Shown here piece after piece: positions 63,067-64,000 of a stretch of DNA of 64,000 nt. The translations under genes were made by a program, and so were the position numbers. Each line of letters begins with the position of its first letter. Within the stretch, counting starts at the first letter, position 1. This stretch comes from Armatimonadota bacterium (GTDB taxonomy: Bacteria > Armatimonadota > UBA5829 > DTJY01): contig JAGONM010000002.1 in NCBI GenBank assembly GCA_017993055.1, forward strand, positions 68,821 to 132,820, read 5' to 3'. Under the pieces are notes generated by a model. It was not told where the DNA came from and did not search any database. It saw only the letters and a program-made list of their open reading frames with translations.

Positions 63067-63591
63067 ATGTCACAAGTCCTGCGCGCGTGGTCTCTCATCC
63101 GGGACATCCCGGATTTTCCGAAGCCGGGTATCATCTTCAAGGACATCACGCCCGTCCTGCAGGACCCGGCGGCTCTGGCCGAGGTTGTGGACGCGATGAG
63201 CGAGTACGCTTCTGAGACCAAGCCGGACGTGATCGTCGGAATCGAGTCGCGGGGCTTCATCCTGGGCGCGCCGGTGGCGGTCAGGCTCGCAAAGGGCTTC
63301 GTGCCGGTCCGCAAGATCGGGAAACTTCCCCACCAGACCGTCAAGTGCGAGTACGCCCTCGAGTACGGCACGAACACCGTCGAGATGCACCGTGATGCCA
63401 TCCGCCCCGGCCATCGGGCGCTCGTCATTGACGATCTTCTCGCGACCGGCGGCACGGCGTCGGCGTCGGCCCGGCTCATCGAGGAACTCGGCGGCCTGGT
63501 GGTCGGGTTGTCTTTCCTCGTCGAACTCGACTTCCTCAGGGGGCGCGACCAACTCCGTGGCTACGATATCAAGAGCTTCATCAGGTACTGA
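63067..63591 (+). CDS. apt: adenine phosphoribosyltransferase
   Basis: 174 aa. PRPP-binding motif [16 protein letters not shown] and [14 protein letters not shown]-terminal motif typical of Apt. Confidence 0.9.
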   Translation: MSQVLRAWSLIRDIPDFPKPGIIFKDITPVLQDPAALAEVVDAMSEYASETKPDVIVGIESRGFILGAPVAVRLAKGFVPVRKIGKLPHQTVKCEYALEYGTNTVEMHRDAIRPGHRALVIDDLLATGGTASASARLIEELGGLVVGLSFLVELDFLRGRDQLRGYDIKSFIRY

Positions 63592-63609
63592 TTGGCATCG
63601 AACTCCGCG

Positions 63610-63638
63610 TTGACAAGCCCCAGGCTCTGTGGTACAAT
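63610..63638 (+). promoter_or_regulatory. consensus sigma70 promoter TTGACA-17 nt-TACAAT for the tRNA array
   Basis: TTGACA at 63610-63615. TACAAT at 63633-63638. The first tRNA starts 15 nt downstream. Confidence 0.6.
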
Positions 63639-63652
63639 CCTGTTACCAACGT

Positions 63653-63738
63653 GGGGATGTGGCGGAATGGCAGACGCGCTTGGTTGAGGGCCAAGTGCCC
63701 GCAAGGGCATGAGAGTTCAACTCTCTCCATCCCCACCA
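63653..63738 (+). tRNA. tRNA-Leu (anticodon GAG), type II with long variable arm, CCA encoded
   Basis: Acceptor GGGGATG/CATCCCC. Anticodon stem CTTGG/CCAAG with loop TTGAGGG. Long variable arm GTGCCCGCAAGGGCAT. T-arm GAGAG-TTCAACT-CTCTC. Discriminator A + CCA. Confidence 0.85.
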
Positions 63739-63746
63739 GGCCTGAC

Positions 63747-63821
63747 GGGCGATTGGCTCAGGGGGAGAGCGCTTCCTTCACACGGAAGAGGTCGTTGGTT
63801 CAAATCCAACATCGCCCACCA
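63747..63821 (+). tRNA. tRNA-Val (anticodon CAC), CCA encoded
   Basis: Acceptor GGGCGAT/ATCGCCC. D-arm GCTC...GAGC. Anticodon stem CTTCC/GGAAG with loop TTCACAC. T-arm GTTGG-TTCAAAT-CCAAC. Discriminator A + CCA. Confidence 0.85.
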
Positions 63822-63827
63822 ACAGAT

Positions 63828-63902
63828 GCGGGAGTAGTTCAGTGGTAGAGCACCTGCTTCCCAAGCAGGTTGTCGCGGGTTCGAATCCCGTCTCCCGCTC
63901 CA
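63828..63902 (+). tRNA. tRNA-Gly (anticodon CCC), CCA encoded
   Basis: Acceptor GCGGGAG/CTCCCGC. D-arm TAGTTCAGTGGTAGAGCA. Anticodon stem CCTGC/GCAGG with loop TTCCCAA. T-loop TTCGAAT. Discriminator U, as expected for Gly. Confidence 0.85.
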
Positions 63903-63905
63903 TGA

Positions 63906-63980
63906 GGCGTGGTACCCAAGTGGTAAGGGAGCGGTCTGCAAAACCGTTATGCACGAGTTCGAATCTCGTCCACGCCTCCA
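63906..63980 (+). tRNA. tRNA-Cys (anticodon GCA), CCA encoded
   Basis: Acceptor GGCGTGG/CCACGCC. Anticodon stem GCGGT/ACCGT with loop CTGCAAA. T-loop TTCGAAT. Discriminator U, as expected for Cys. Only 3 nt after tRNA-Gly. Confidence 0.8.
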
Positions 63981-64000
63981 TCCATCTTCTTTACGCCTAG

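Noticed and set aside
63717-63981. Two small - strand ORFs (74 and 67 aa) overlapping the tRNA array
   Set aside because: They are the reverse complements of tRNA-Val/Gly/Cys. The tRNA cloverleaves are convincing.
1-64000. CRISPR arrays, transposases, integrases, phage genes, toxin-antitoxin pairs
   Set aside because: None was recognisable. No direct-repeat/spacer periodicity, and no DDE/tyrosine-recombinase or typical toxin motifs seen in any frame.

Overview
This is a high-GC bacterial chromosomal segment (roughly mid-60s % GC by eye, tightly packed genes, frequent ATGA/TGATG start-stop overlaps). Gene content resembles a sulfatase-rich member of the PVC group (Planctomycetota/Verrucomicrobiota/Kiritimatiellota-like); this is an inference from content, not a taxonomic assignment. 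Four blocks are visible. (1) 1-6030, + strand: the tail of a pilus/secretion operon ending in a GspD/PilQ-family secretin, followed by a TAT-exported Gfo/Idh/MocA oxidoreductase and a URO-D-like protein. (2) 6030-6960: a short lower-GC islet carrying a UDG-superfamily-like gene, bracketed by hairpins. (3) 6963-20988, all on the - strand and translationally coupled: a ~14 kb operon I regard as the main point of interest. It reads mvhD2 - metF - three split glutamate-synthase-like genes (two ferredoxin+FMN GltB2-type, one GATase/GXGXG fusion) - hdrC - hdrB - a 1461-aa hdrA fusion with an embedded GltD/NfnB-like NADPH module - mvhD - metV. It has a consensus-like sigma70 promoter, a structured leader, recurring palindromic motifs at two internal gene junctions, and a hairpin+U-tract terminator. 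I read it as a putative flavin-based electron-bifurcating heterodisulfide-reductase-type module wired to both methylene-THF reductase (MetFV) and an archaeal-type glutamate synthase. I do not recognise this gene combination as a described system. (4) 21021-59900: a glycan-degradation locus. It holds 7 formylglycine-type sulfatases plus one Thr-variant sulfatase-like gene, GH116, GH4, two DUF2961/GH172 genes, a GH32/43-like beta-propeller flanked by two ~685-aa paralogs of unknown family, BNR/Asp-box sialidase-like proteins, a beta-helix protein, a secreted S8 protease and a metallophosphoesterase that share a novel ~165-aa C-terminal domain, and an inserted serine-hydrolase + XRE regulator module. 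The window ends with an ATC-hydrolase-like gene, a membrane protein, two ABC sugar permeases, apt, and a promoter-driven array of four tRNAs (Leu-GAG, Val-CAC, Gly-CCC, Cys-GCA). No CRISPR array, transposase or integrase was recognised. CDS coordinates follow the supplied ORF track, with starts refined where an internal Met, RBS, signal peptide or upstream-gene overlap gave a clearly better start. Coordinates for hairpins, promoters and tRNAs were read from the printed sequence and may carry +/-1 nt error.
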